DNA from: a virus
Taxonomy: Duplodnaviria > Caudoviricetes
DNA length: 31,586 bases
IMG/VR virus record: IMGVR_UViG_3300017747_001100
Span: 1-31,586 of that record
Direction: 5' to 3' (one strand)
Shown here: positions 8,375 to 16,070 of the stretch, in pieces
Position numbering within the stretch: the first letter of the stretch is position 1
How the letters are laid out: each line of letters starts with the position of its first letter
Position numbers and translations under genes: made by a program
The notes under the pieces: model-generated
Told to the model about the DNA's origin: nothing
The model's input: only the letters and a program-made list of their open reading frames with translations
Database searches by the model: none

Positions 8375-9445
8375 ATGGCATACTCAGACACTTATGGTCA
8401 GGTTTACCCAGTACAGGTTCTGATAGATCACGCAGCACGACGCTGCGGCAAGTTAGCGGAAGAGCTTACTAGCGAGCAGCTTATTACCGCCCGCGAGGCT
8501 TTGGGCTTCGTCATGACAAACTTGATCAATATTGGCATTCAATATTGGGCGATTAAAAAGGAAGTCATTGGGTTAACCGCAGACAAATACATCTACTCGC
8601 TGCCCGTAGGTGCTAATGATGTCCTGAATGCGCTGTATCGGACCATGAACCGCCCAACGGGTAGTTATAGCACTTCAGCGGGTGGCACGGTAGCAAATGT
8701 TGCGGACAACGATGTCGATACGTTCTGCCAGCAAACGAGTGCTAATGGTAGCATTTCAGTCAATTTTGGCACTGACAATCCTGTTTATGCAGGTTCTATT
8801 GGTGTGCTGCCTTATGTGTCAGGTGGTGGCAGCGCCACTTGGACTTTTACGCTTGAGTATTCCACCGACGGAAGCACTTGGAACACGCTAGAAAACGTCG
8901 GAACCGTAGCGGTTACAGACAATGAATGGCTTTGGTATGACATTGACCCTGGCCAAACGGTTCAATATTACCGAATCAGAGCCTCTGGCGGCACGACGTT
9001 GGCATTAAGAGAGTGGTTTATAGGCAATAACGCTCGCGAAATCACCATGTCACGCCTAAATCGTGATGATTATACCAACCTGCCGAATAAAAACTTCACA
9101 GCCAACCAGCCGTATCAATTTTGGTTCAACAGGACAATCCCTCAACCGGAAATTTACCTCTGGCCAACGCCATCAGATCCGTTTGTGCAGATGACCGTTT
9201 GGTATTCAAAGCAAATCATGGACGTGGGTGAGCTTACAGACGAGCTACAAATCCCGCAGCGGTGGTACATGGCAACGCTAGCAATGCTAAGCCATCAGTT
9301 AGCCTTGGAACTGCCCAATGTGCCGTTAGACCGCGTGCAGTATTTGGAAAACCAGGCCGAAAAGTACCTAAATCAGGCCGAACAAGAAGAGCGCGACCGC
9401 AGTCCTATCTACTTCGCGGTAAATTTGGTTCCGTATACAAGTTGA
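8375..9445 (+). CDS. Head-tail adaptor/tail-ring-like protein with inserted discoidin (F5/8C)-like domain
   Basis: N-terminal helices, SRLNRDDYTNLPNK..QPYQFW..IYLWPTP adaptor-type motif, and a central LEYSTDGSTW..YYRIR jelly-roll pattern. Confidence 0.6.
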   Translation: MAYSDTYGQVYPVQVLIDHAARRCGKLAEELTSEQLITAREALGFVMTNLINIGIQYWAIKKEVIGLTADKYIYSLPVGANDVLNALYRTMNRPTGSYSTSAGGTVANVADNDVDTFCQQTSANGSISVNFGTDNPVYAGSIGVLPYVSGGGSATWTFTLEYSTDGSTWNTLENVGTVAVTDNEWLWYDIDPGQTVQYYRIRASGGTTLALREWFIGNNAREITMSRLNRDDYTNLPNKNFTANQPYQFWFNRTIPQPEIYLWPTPSDPFVQMTVWYSKQIMDVGELTDELQIPQRWYMATLAMLSHQLALELPNVPLDRVQYLENQAEKYLNQAEQEERDRSPIYFAVNLVPYTS

Positions 9446-9447
9446 TC

Positions 9448-10041
9448 ATGTCACTTTTATCTGGTTTTCATAAACATCACATCATCCCTCGGTATAAGGG
9501 AGGTTCAAACGCGCCTGAAAATCTTGTGTTGCTGCACCCTATAGACCATGCAATCACACATTTGGTGCTATTTAAAATATATGGAAATCCTGCTGATGGT
9601 TGGGCATACAACCGCATTCTTAATGGCTTAAAAGATGAACTAATTCCAAACCGCAAAGGTATTTCTAAGCCTTATATGAAAAAGCCCAAGTCTGATGAGA
9701 CTAAGGCAAAGATGTCTGCCGCAGCTAAGGGAAAGAAAAAATCGCCTGACGCCGTAGAGAAAATGCGCAAGGCGCTGATTGGCAGAAAAGCCACGGGTAA
9801 GTCTTTGGAAGTGTTGCATGCGCATCGGCACTTGGCTTGGAGCGCTGAGGCGCAGGCTAAAAAGTCTGAAAAAACCAAGGGTGTTTCTCGCCCATATGCG
9901 AGAAACTCTAAGCCTCCATCAGTTGAGGCATGTGCCGCTGGAGGCAAAGCTGGTAAAGGCCGCAAGCAAACTCCCGAGCAAATTGCAAAACGCGTCGCCT
10001 CTCGTCGCGCCACGCTAGCGGCTCAAGGGAGGACCGCGTAA
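9448..10041 (+). mobile_element. Free-standing HNH homing endonuclease with NUMOD3-like DNA-binding repeats
   Basis: HKHHIIPRYKGGSNAPENLVLLHPIDHAITH (HNH), followed by KSDETKAKMSAAAKGKKKS, KMRKALIGRK and GKGRKQTPEQIAKR (NUMOD3-like). Locally AT-rich. ATG at 9448 is preferred over the GTG at 9262. Confidence 0.85.
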
Positions 10042-10042
10042 A

Positions 10043-10384
10043 ATGCCTATATTTCTTGACACCACCGGCTACTCATCGTTAGCGATTGCTATATGCGACC
10101 GCTGCCGGATGAAGCGTCCGTATTCGGTGTTGATGAATGATCCGAACTTCACCGGCCTGCGGGTGTGTAACGAGGGCTGCGCGGATCAAAAAGACCCGTA
10201 TCGGCTGCCCGCCCGGCAAACCGAGCGCATTAATTTGCGGTTCCCGCGTCCGGACGTTTCGGTTGCGGCCATTCAGAACAACATTGTTACAAACAACGCA
10301 CAAAGCGTTATACTTTCGACCGAAGGCAATACCCAGACGCCCGAGAACAATGGGAACCTTGACGGAATAGCGATTTCACCATAA
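10043..10384 (+). CDS. Small Cys-motif (CDRC..C..C) phage structural-region protein
   Basis: AICDRC...RVCNEGCADQKDP..PRPD; GGGAGG RBS inside the HNH 3' end; TAATG coupling to the next gene. Confidence 0.7.
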   Translation: MPIFLDTTGYSSLAIAICDRCRMKRPYSVLMNDPNFTGLRVCNEGCADQKDPYRLPARQTERINLRFPRPDVSVAAIQNNIVTNNAQSVILSTEGNTQTPENNGNLDGIAISP

Positions 10385-11883
10385 TGGCTAATCAGACTAT
10401 CACGCAGTTGCCCACAGCCGCAGCCTTGACGGGCACGGAGCTTGTGCCGATTGTGCAAGGCGGCGGCACAGTCAAGACAACCGTGGCAAATATAGCTGCA
10501 ACACCAGCGCTCACGGGTTATAGCTTTTTGACCGCCACGAGCGAAGCGGGTTTAACAAGCTCACGCCAGTTAACGGTTACAGGCAGCGGTATAACGCTAA
10601 CCGACAACGGCGCGGGTTCAACCTTGGCTATGGCCTTGTCAGGAGCGCCTGCAAGCCTCGTAGTATCAGGCACGGGCATTCAGGTCAAGACCGGCGCAAC
10701 AACGCTCACAGGCCGCTCTATTCAAGCCGGAACGGCAGGTTTAAGCATTGCTGACGGTGACGGTATTGCAGGTAATCCAACGGTGTCTTTAACGGGTATG
10801 CCGCTTTACCTTGCGCAATCGTCAGGTGTGGGCCTGCTAACCCGAACCTCTGGTAATAGCGTCGGGGTTGTGACTTTGCAGGGAACAGCCAATGAAATCG
10901 ATGTGGCCAACGGCACGGGAGATAGCGCGAATCCAACCGTTGGTTTGGCCGATAACGCCGTGTTACCGGGCACACAAGGAGTGGTCGTTCCTACAGGAAC
11001 TACGGGTCAAAGATCAGGATCGCCAACGAACGGCGTCATCAGATACAACACCACATCACAGACCTTTGAGGGTTACGCTAATAGCGCATGGCGAGACTTC
11101 TCGCTGACGGGCGGCGTAACATCATTTTCAGCCGGCACAACCGGATTAACGCCAGGAACCGCAACAACAGGCGCTATTACATTAAACGGCATCTTGATCG
11201 GCGCAAACGGCGGCACAGGCGTTGCGAACACAGGCAAAACCATCACACTAGGTGGATCGCTTACGCTTTCCGGTGCGCATGATTTGACGCTCACGCAAAC
11301 CGGCGCAACCAACGTCACCCTGCCCACGACGGGAACCCTAGCGACCCTGGCGGGGTCGGAAACGCTGACCAACAAAACAATTAGCGGCTCAAACAACACA
11401 TTAAGCAATATTGCTAATGCTTCGCTGACTAATTCATCAATCACGATCAACGGTTCGTCAGTCAGTCTTGGTGGCTCGGTTACGGTCACGGCTACGGCGA
11501 GCAATGCGCTCACCATCGGCACGGGGTTGAGTGGTACAAGCTACAACGGCTCGACCCCGGTCACGATTGCGATATCGAATACGGGCGTATCCGCAGCGAC
11601 TTACGGGTCGGCCTCGATTGTTCCCGTGATTGCGGTAAATGCTCAGGGGCAAATTACAAGCGCCACGGATACGTCGATTGCGATTGCGGCATCCCAGGTC
11701 ACATCGGGAACCTTGGCCGTAGCGCAGGGCGGTACCAATTTGGCTTCGTACACGGCAGGTGACTTGTTATACGCATCGGCCACAACGACGCTTTCAAAGT
11801 TAGCGCTCGGCACGCAGGGTTATATGCTGAGAGCCGGAACATCCGCGCCGGAATGGGCGATTGTTGAAGGCGGTACTTTTTAA
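10384..11883 (+). CDS. Tail fibre protein
   Basis: Thr/Gly/Ser-rich; fibre motifs PTGTTGQR..GVIRYNT, NGGTG, TLTNKTI, VNAQGQITSA and AQGGT; ends in EGGTF. Confidence 0.75.
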   Translation: MANQTITQLPTAAALTGTELVPIVQGGGTVKTTVANIAATPALTGYSFLTATSEAGLTSSRQLTVTGSGITLTDNGAGSTLAMALSGAPASLVVSGTGIQVKTGATTLTGRSIQAGTAGLSIADGDGIAGNPTVSLTGMPLYLAQSSGVGLLTRTSGNSVGVVTLQGTANEIDVANGTGDSANPTVGLADNAVLPGTQGVVVPTGTTGQRSGSPTNGVIRYNTTSQTFEGYANSAWRDFSLTGGVTSFSAGTTGLTPGTATTGAITLNGILIGANGGTGVANTGKTITLGGSLTLSGAHDLTLTQTGATNVTLPTTGTLATLAGSETLTNKTISGSNNTLSNIANASLTNSSITINGSSVSLGGSVTVTATASNALTIGTGLSGTSYNGSTPVTIAISNTGVSAATYGSASIVPVIAVNAQGQITSATDTSIAIAASQVTSGTLAVAQGGTNLASYTAGDLLYASATTTLSKLALGTQGYMLRAGTSAPEWAIVEGGTF

Positions 11884-11892
11884 GGATCAATC

Positions 11893-13344
11893 ATGGCACA
11901 AACTGGTTACACGCCTATATCGCTTTATTACTCTACGACAGCGGCAGCGACGCCAAGCGCGGTCAATCTTGCAAACGGCGAACTTGCTATCAACATTACA
12001 GACGGCAAGTTGTACTACAAGGACAACGGCGGTGTCGTAAGGGTCATCGCGGGCACCGGCGGTACGGGTGTTGTTGCTGGGTCAAATACTCAAGTCCAGT
12101 TCAACAACAACGGCGTTTTCGGCGCATCTTCTGGCTTAACTTGGGATGGCTCGTTCCTCACCGCATCGTCGATCAAAGACAGCGCCCTGACTTCGGGTCG
12201 TGTGACCTATGCAACCACCTCTGGTTTGCTCACTGACTCAGCTAACCTGCTCTACTCCGGCACTGACCTGACCGTTTACGGCATCACCGTAGGCCGTGGC
12301 GCAGGGGCCGTGTCCACCAACACTGCGGTGGGTGCGAGTGCTTTGGCGGGAACTAACACTGGTGGCTTTACAACTGCGCTTGGCTACCAAGCCGGTTTTT
12401 CAAACACGAGCGGTCAGAACACCCTGGTGGGTGCTAATTCAGGTCAATACATCACAACTGGAACTAGAAATACAGGCACGGGTGTTTCAACCCTTGGTTT
12501 CAACAATGGCGCAGTATCAATTACATCAAATGACAATACTGCTTACGGTCATGCTGCCTTAACTGTATTGACTTCTGGCGCATCTAACACGGCCGTCGGT
12601 TCAGGCGCTCTTGGCTCCAACACCACCGCCTCTAACAACACTGCTGTGGGGTATCAGGCGGGGTACAGTAATACGACTGGGGCAGACAACACCGCTGTTG
12701 GTTACGCAGCCCTCTACGCCAACACCACCGGCGCAAATAATACTGCTGTTGGTTATGCAGCGTTGGACGCGAATACGACAGGAACTGAAAATGCGGCATT
12801 TGGAAAAGACGCTCTTGGGGCTTGCACAACCGGCATATGTAACACTGCTGTTGGTTATGGCGCTATGCGAAATCTTACAACTGGTTCTGGAAATGCGACG
12901 TTTGCTGTTTTTGGAAATGCGGGAAATTACAATCCACCATTTGACGTAACAACAGAAAATAATCGTTTAGTTGTTGGTTCTACTCAAACAACAAATGCCT
13001 ACGTTCAAGTTGCATGGACCGTCACTTCAGACGCAAGAGACAAGACAAACATTGCTGCTGTACCGCATGGTTTAGGATTTATCAATCAACTTAATCCTGT
13101 GTCATTCCAGTTCAAAACCTCAAGAGAAGATGACACGCCAAACGGCAATAAGCGTTATGGCTTTTTAGCCCAAGATATTCTTGCGCTTGAAGGTGATGAC
13201 CCTGTCATCATTGATACTGAAGTACCTGAGAAACTTAAGTATCAGGGCGAATCATTAGTCCCTGTGCTTGTCAAAGCAGTCCAAGAACTCTCAACCCAAG
13301 TGCAAGCACTGCAAGCTGAAATTTCAATCCTCAAAGGAGCCTAA
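11893..13344 (+). CDS. Tail fibre/receptor-binding protein with NTAVG repeats and C-terminal peptidase S74 autochaperone
   Basis: N-terminal GELAINITDGKLYYKD domain, about 14-aa NTAVG repeats, cleavage motif TSDARDKTNI, YGFLAQD and a terminal coiled coil. Confidence 0.85.
   Translation: MAQTGYTPISLYYSTTAAATPSAVNLANGELAINITDGKLYYKDNGGVVRVIAGTGGTGVVAGSNTQVQFNNNGVFGASSGLTWDGSFLTASSIKDSALTSGRVTYATTSGLLTDSANLLYSGTDLTVYGITVGRGAGAVSTNTAVGASALAGTNTGGFTTALGYQAGFSNTSGQNTLVGANSGQYITTGTRNTGTGVSTLGFNNGAVSITSNDNTAYGHAALTVLTSGASNTAVGSGALGSNTTASNNTAVGYQAGYSNTTGADNTAVGYAALYANTTGANNTAVGYAALDANTTGTENAAFGKDALGACTTGICNTAVGYGAMRNLTTGSGNATFAVFGNAGNYNPPFDVTTENNRLVVGSTQTTNAYVQVAWTVTSDARDKTNIAAVPHGLGFINQLNPVSFQFKTSREDDTPNGNKRYGFLAQDILALEGDDPVIIDTEVPEKLKYQGESLVPVLVKAVQELSTQVQALQAEISILKGA
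12319..12900 (+). repeat. Degenerate ~42-nt (14-aa) NTAVG coding repeats
   Basis: Recurrent aacac(t/c)gctgt(t/g)gg(t/g)ta units at about 12638, 12688, 12739 and 12841, plus more diverged copies. Confidence 0.75.
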
Positions 13345-13346
13345 TC

Positions 13347-13670
13347 ATGGCAACAAATTTTTCAACCACCATCAACGCGATGTACACCCTCGACACGCCC
13401 GATCCGGGCTTCGTGGTCAACGTACTCTGGACTGTTACTGGCGTGGACGGTCAGTACACCGCATCCATCGGCGGCAATACGCAGTTCAACTCTGCTGACC
13501 AGCAAGGACCATTCATACCCTATGCAAGCCTCACGCCAGAGATTGTGCTTGGCTGGATTCCTCAGAACCAGATCGACAGCGCACAAGCCTGTGTGCAGGG
13601 CCAGATCGACAGCTTGATTTCGCCTCCCGTTTCCCCGCAAAACACACCGCTTCCTTGGAGCCAAGCATGA
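13347..13670 (+). CDS. Fibre-associated small protein (putative fibre tip/assembly factor)
   Basis: 107 aa; VVNVLWTVTG..FIPYASLT..VLGW..PLPW pattern typical of genes following phage fibres; AGGAG RBS. Confidence 0.65.
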   Translation: MATNFSTTINAMYTLDTPDPGFVVNVLWTVTGVDGQYTASIGGNTQFNSADQQGPFIPYASLTPEIVLGWIPQNQIDSAQACVQGQIDSLISPPVSPQNTPLPWSQA

Positions 13671-13840
13671 ACCCTGTACAGATCAAATTAGAGCTTACGC
13701 TGGATGAAGTTAATGCCTGCCTGACCGCGTTGGGTAATCTGCCATTTGTGCAAGTTAGTCCGTTGATTGAAAAGATCCGTGAGCAGACCGTTCCTCAGTT
13801 GCCGGTTCCCGCGCCACAAGAGGTCAAAGCAGAATCATGA
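13667..13840 (+). CDS. Small helical protein (putative fibre chaperone)
   Basis: LELTLDEVNACLTALGNLPFVQVSPLIEKIREQ; ATGA overlaps at both ends; GGAG upstream of ATG 13667. Confidence 0.65.
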   Translation: MNPVQIKLELTLDEVNACLTALGNLPFVQVSPLIEKIREQTVPQLPVPAPQEVKAES

Positions 13841-14034
13841 GCGAAGATCTTGATAAGCGCCTCTCGGTACATGAGGCGATTTGCGCCCAACGCTACGAAA
13901 ATATCGAGAAACGCCTCGGTGACGGCAGCCGACGTATGCGCCACATTGAGTGGTTGCTGTACATCACGATTGCTGCCGTCCTGCTTGGGCCTGGAGTCGC
14001 GGCCATGTTCGTTAAGAAGCTGCTTGGCATATGA
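13837..14034 (+). CDS. Small membrane protein (holin-like, coiled coil plus C-terminal TM)
   Basis: LSVHEAICAQRY coiled coil, then hydrophobic WLLYITIAAVLLGPGVAAMFV; upstream of endolysin. Confidence 0.6.
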   Translation: MSEDLDKRLSVHEAICAQRYENIEKRLGDGSRRMRHIEWLLYITIAAVLLGPGVAAMFVKKLLGI

Positions 14035-14300
14035 ATTGGAGTGACGTCCTCAAGGCGGTTATCCCGGTCATTGTGGCTTCGCTTGCGTGGCTGCTTGGGC
14101 AGGTTGCTGACTTTTCAACACGTTTGACCAAGATTGAAGGCTCAATGCCAGCTTTAATCACCAAAGAAGGTGTGCCGACTGACTCGCCCATCAGTGCCGA
14201 GAAACGTGCTTTGCAGAAAGAGCAACTCATGCAACACATCAACGAACTTCAGGTCAAAGTCAGACTGCTTGAAGAGCGTGAAAAGCTGGGGAAAAGGTAA
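14031..14300 (+). CDS. Small membrane protein with N-terminal TM and coiled coil
   Basis: VLKAVIPVIVASLAWLLG TM followed by heptad-like C-terminus; within the lysis cassette. Confidence 0.6.
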   Translation: MNWSDVLKAVIPVIVASLAWLLGQVADFSTRLTKIEGSMPALITKEGVPTDSPISAEKRALQKEQLMQHINELQVKVRLLEEREKLGKR

Positions 14301-14797
14301 TGCTGGACATCATTGGCGGCGGTCTTTTCGGCACGATCTTCGGTGGCTTGTTTCGACTTGCGCCGGAGGTCTTGAAGTTTCTTGACCGCAAAAACGAGCG
14401 GCAGCATGAGCTTTCGATGTTCAACCGCCAGTGCGAGTTAGAGCAAATTCGCGGTGAAATGAAGTTGGCTGAGATTGGTGCCGAGCGCGACAAGGCTATT
14501 GATACGGGCGTTATGGCAGCATTTGAGGCCGCTATCAATTCACAGACCGAGATGGCTAAAGCTGCCGGTGGCTGGGTGGCATCGCTCTCGGCTTCAGTCA
14601 GGCCGGTAGTCACCTACTGGATTCTGGCTATCTGGTCAGCTTCGCATATCTGGTTTGCAATCATCGCCTCGCGTGAAGGCTTGCCAGTGCAGGAAGTCTT
14701 CAAGATGATCATGTCACCCGACTTTGCCGCGCTCGTAGCAGGCACATTTAACTACTGGTTCCTTGACCGTACCTTGAAGGCTAGAGGGTTAGCGTGA
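14300..14797 (+). CDS. Putative holin (GTA 3TM-holin-like)
   Basis: Gly-rich hydrophobic N-terminus, WVASLSASVRPVVTY motif, further TMs and YWFLDR ending; GTGA-coupled to the endolysin. Confidence 0.65.
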   Translation: MLDIIGGGLFGTIFGGLFRLAPEVLKFLDRKNERQHELSMFNRQCELEQIRGEMKLAEIGAERDKAIDTGVMAAFEAAINSQTEMAKAAGGWVASLSASVRPVVTYWILAIWSASHIWFAIIASREGLPVQEVFKMIMSPDFAALVAGTFNYWFLDRTLKARGLA

Positions 14798-15255
14798 AAC
14801 TGGACCTTGCCGCTGAACTGTGCCGAAGGTTTGAAGGCTTTTCAGCTAAACCTTACCTATGCCCTGCGGGGGTGTGGACGATTGGCTACGGGTCGACTTA
14901 CTACCAGAGCGGTGATCGGGTCACAAAAGACGACCCCCCGATTACCCGCGAATACGCCGAGCAGCTGCTCATGCATGAATTAGTCCACACCTACGCACCG
15001 GGGGCGGTTCGGGCCTGCCCGATACTGCTGGCCTTGGCGATTCAAAATAAAGATTGGGGAAAGTTAAACGCCGTCGTAGATTTCTGCTATAATCTAGGGG
15101 TGGGGCGCTTACAAACCTCGACTTTGAGGCGTAAAATAAACGCTCAAGACTGGGACGGTGCAAAAGAGCAGCTCATGCTCTGGGTGCGCGGGGGTGGAAA
15201 AGTGTTACGCGGTTTGGTGCTTAGGCGTCAGGCTGAATGCAACCTAATGGGGTGA
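14794..15255 (+). CDS. Endolysin, GH24 phage lysozyme
   Basis: FEG..PYLCPAGVWTIGYG (E-x8-C-x5-T), FCYNLG, STLRRKIN, GLVLRRQAE. Confidence 0.9.
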   Translation: MKLDLAAELCRRFEGFSAKPYLCPAGVWTIGYGSTYYQSGDRVTKDDPPITREYAEQLLMHELVHTYAPGAVRACPILLALAIQNKDWGKLNAVVDFCYNLGVGRLQTSTLRRKINAQDWDGAKEQLMLWVRGGGKVLRGLVLRRQAECNLMG

Positions 15256-15262
15256 GGAAGTT

Positions 15263-15427
15263 ATGAAAGAGGTATGGGAAAAACCACGGCCCAAATCACT
15301 CGGAAAACCCAAGTCTTTGAGCCCTAATCAAAAACGCGCCGCTAAAGCCTTTGCCAAGCGCTCGGGCACCAAATACCCTTCGCTTGTGGCTAATATGGCC
15401 GGAGCGAAAGCTAAGAAAGGCTGGTGA
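15263..15427 (+). CDS. 54-aa strongly cationic peptide (not in ORF track)
   Basis: Hand translation: MKEVWEKPRPKSLGKPKSLSPNQKRAAKAFAKRSGTKYPSLVANMAGAKAKKGW. GAGGA RBS at 15255-15258 region; fills the gap and its TGA overlaps GTG 15424. Confidence 0.7.
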   Translation: MKEVWEKPRPKSLGKPKSLSPNQKRAAKAFAKRSGTKYPSLVANMAGAKAKKGW

Positions 15428-16068
15428 CCGTCGTGACCGCCGCTTACGCTATGACTTATGACAATTTGGTCACCGACATACAGCAGTATCTCGAGCGCAC
15501 CGACACGGCAACCGTCGAGCGTATTCCGACGTTCATCGGTCTCGCTGAGCAGGTCATTGCGAGTCAGATTAAATTTCTAGGCAATCTGACGGTGCAAACC
15601 ACTCAAATGACCGCCGCTAATCCGGTCATTAACAAACCCGCTCGGTGGCACAAAACCGTCAGCATGAACATTACGGTAGCCGGAAGACGCCAACCGGTCT
15701 TGCTGCGCAAATACGAATACCTGCGCGAGTATTGGCCGGATCCCACTCAAACCGGGGTACCAAAGTTCTACTGCGATTACGACTACACTCATTGGTTTGT
15801 TGCGCCTACACCCACCTTGGCTTATGATTTTGAAGTTTTGTACTATGAGCGTATTCAGCCGCTCGATTCTTCAAATCAGACCAATTGGTTCACGGTGTAT
15901 GCGCCTCAGGCGCTGCTTTACGGGGCGTTGCTTCAGGCTATGCCGTTTTTGAAAAATGACGAACGCACCCCCGTGTGGCAGGCCCAGTACAACACCATCA
16001 TGCAAACTCTCACGGCTGAAGATAAGCTACGTATCGCTGATCGCCAAGCCATTGCTGCGGACAGTTAA
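15424..16068 (+). CDS. Head-tail adaptor / tail tubular A-like protein
   Basis: MTYDNLVTDIQQYLER..FIGLAE, GVPKFY..VAPTP..FEVLYY, PQALLYGAL. The start is GTG 15424 or ATG 15451. Confidence 0.7.
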   Translation: MTVVTAAYAMTYDNLVTDIQQYLERTDTATVERIPTFIGLAEQVIASQIKFLGNLTVQTTQMTAANPVINKPARWHKTVSMNITVAGRRQPVLLRKYEYLREYWPDPTQTGVPKFYCDYDYTHWFVAPTPTLAYDFEVLYYERIQPLDSSNQTNWFTVYAPQALLYGALLQAMPFLKNDERTPVWQAQYNTIMQTLTAEDKLRIADRQAIAADS

Positions 16069-16070
16069 TC

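Noticed and set aside
9262-9447. 62-codon N-terminal extension of the HNH ORF, or a possible intron/fusion
   Set aside because: Overlaps the adaptor gene out of frame; the HNH motif begins right after ATG 9448; no non-coding space for a group I intron core.
11893-13344. Diversity-generating retroelement target
   Set aside because: No reverse transcriptase or TR/VR pair differing at adenines is visible in the window; the repeats are ordinary coding repeats.
13850-14044. Alternate-frame ORF with LSGC lipobox-like sequence (possible o-spanin)
   Set aside because: No proper hydrophobic signal region before the Cys (contains Asp and polar residues), TTG-type start, and not nested in an i-spanin-like gene.
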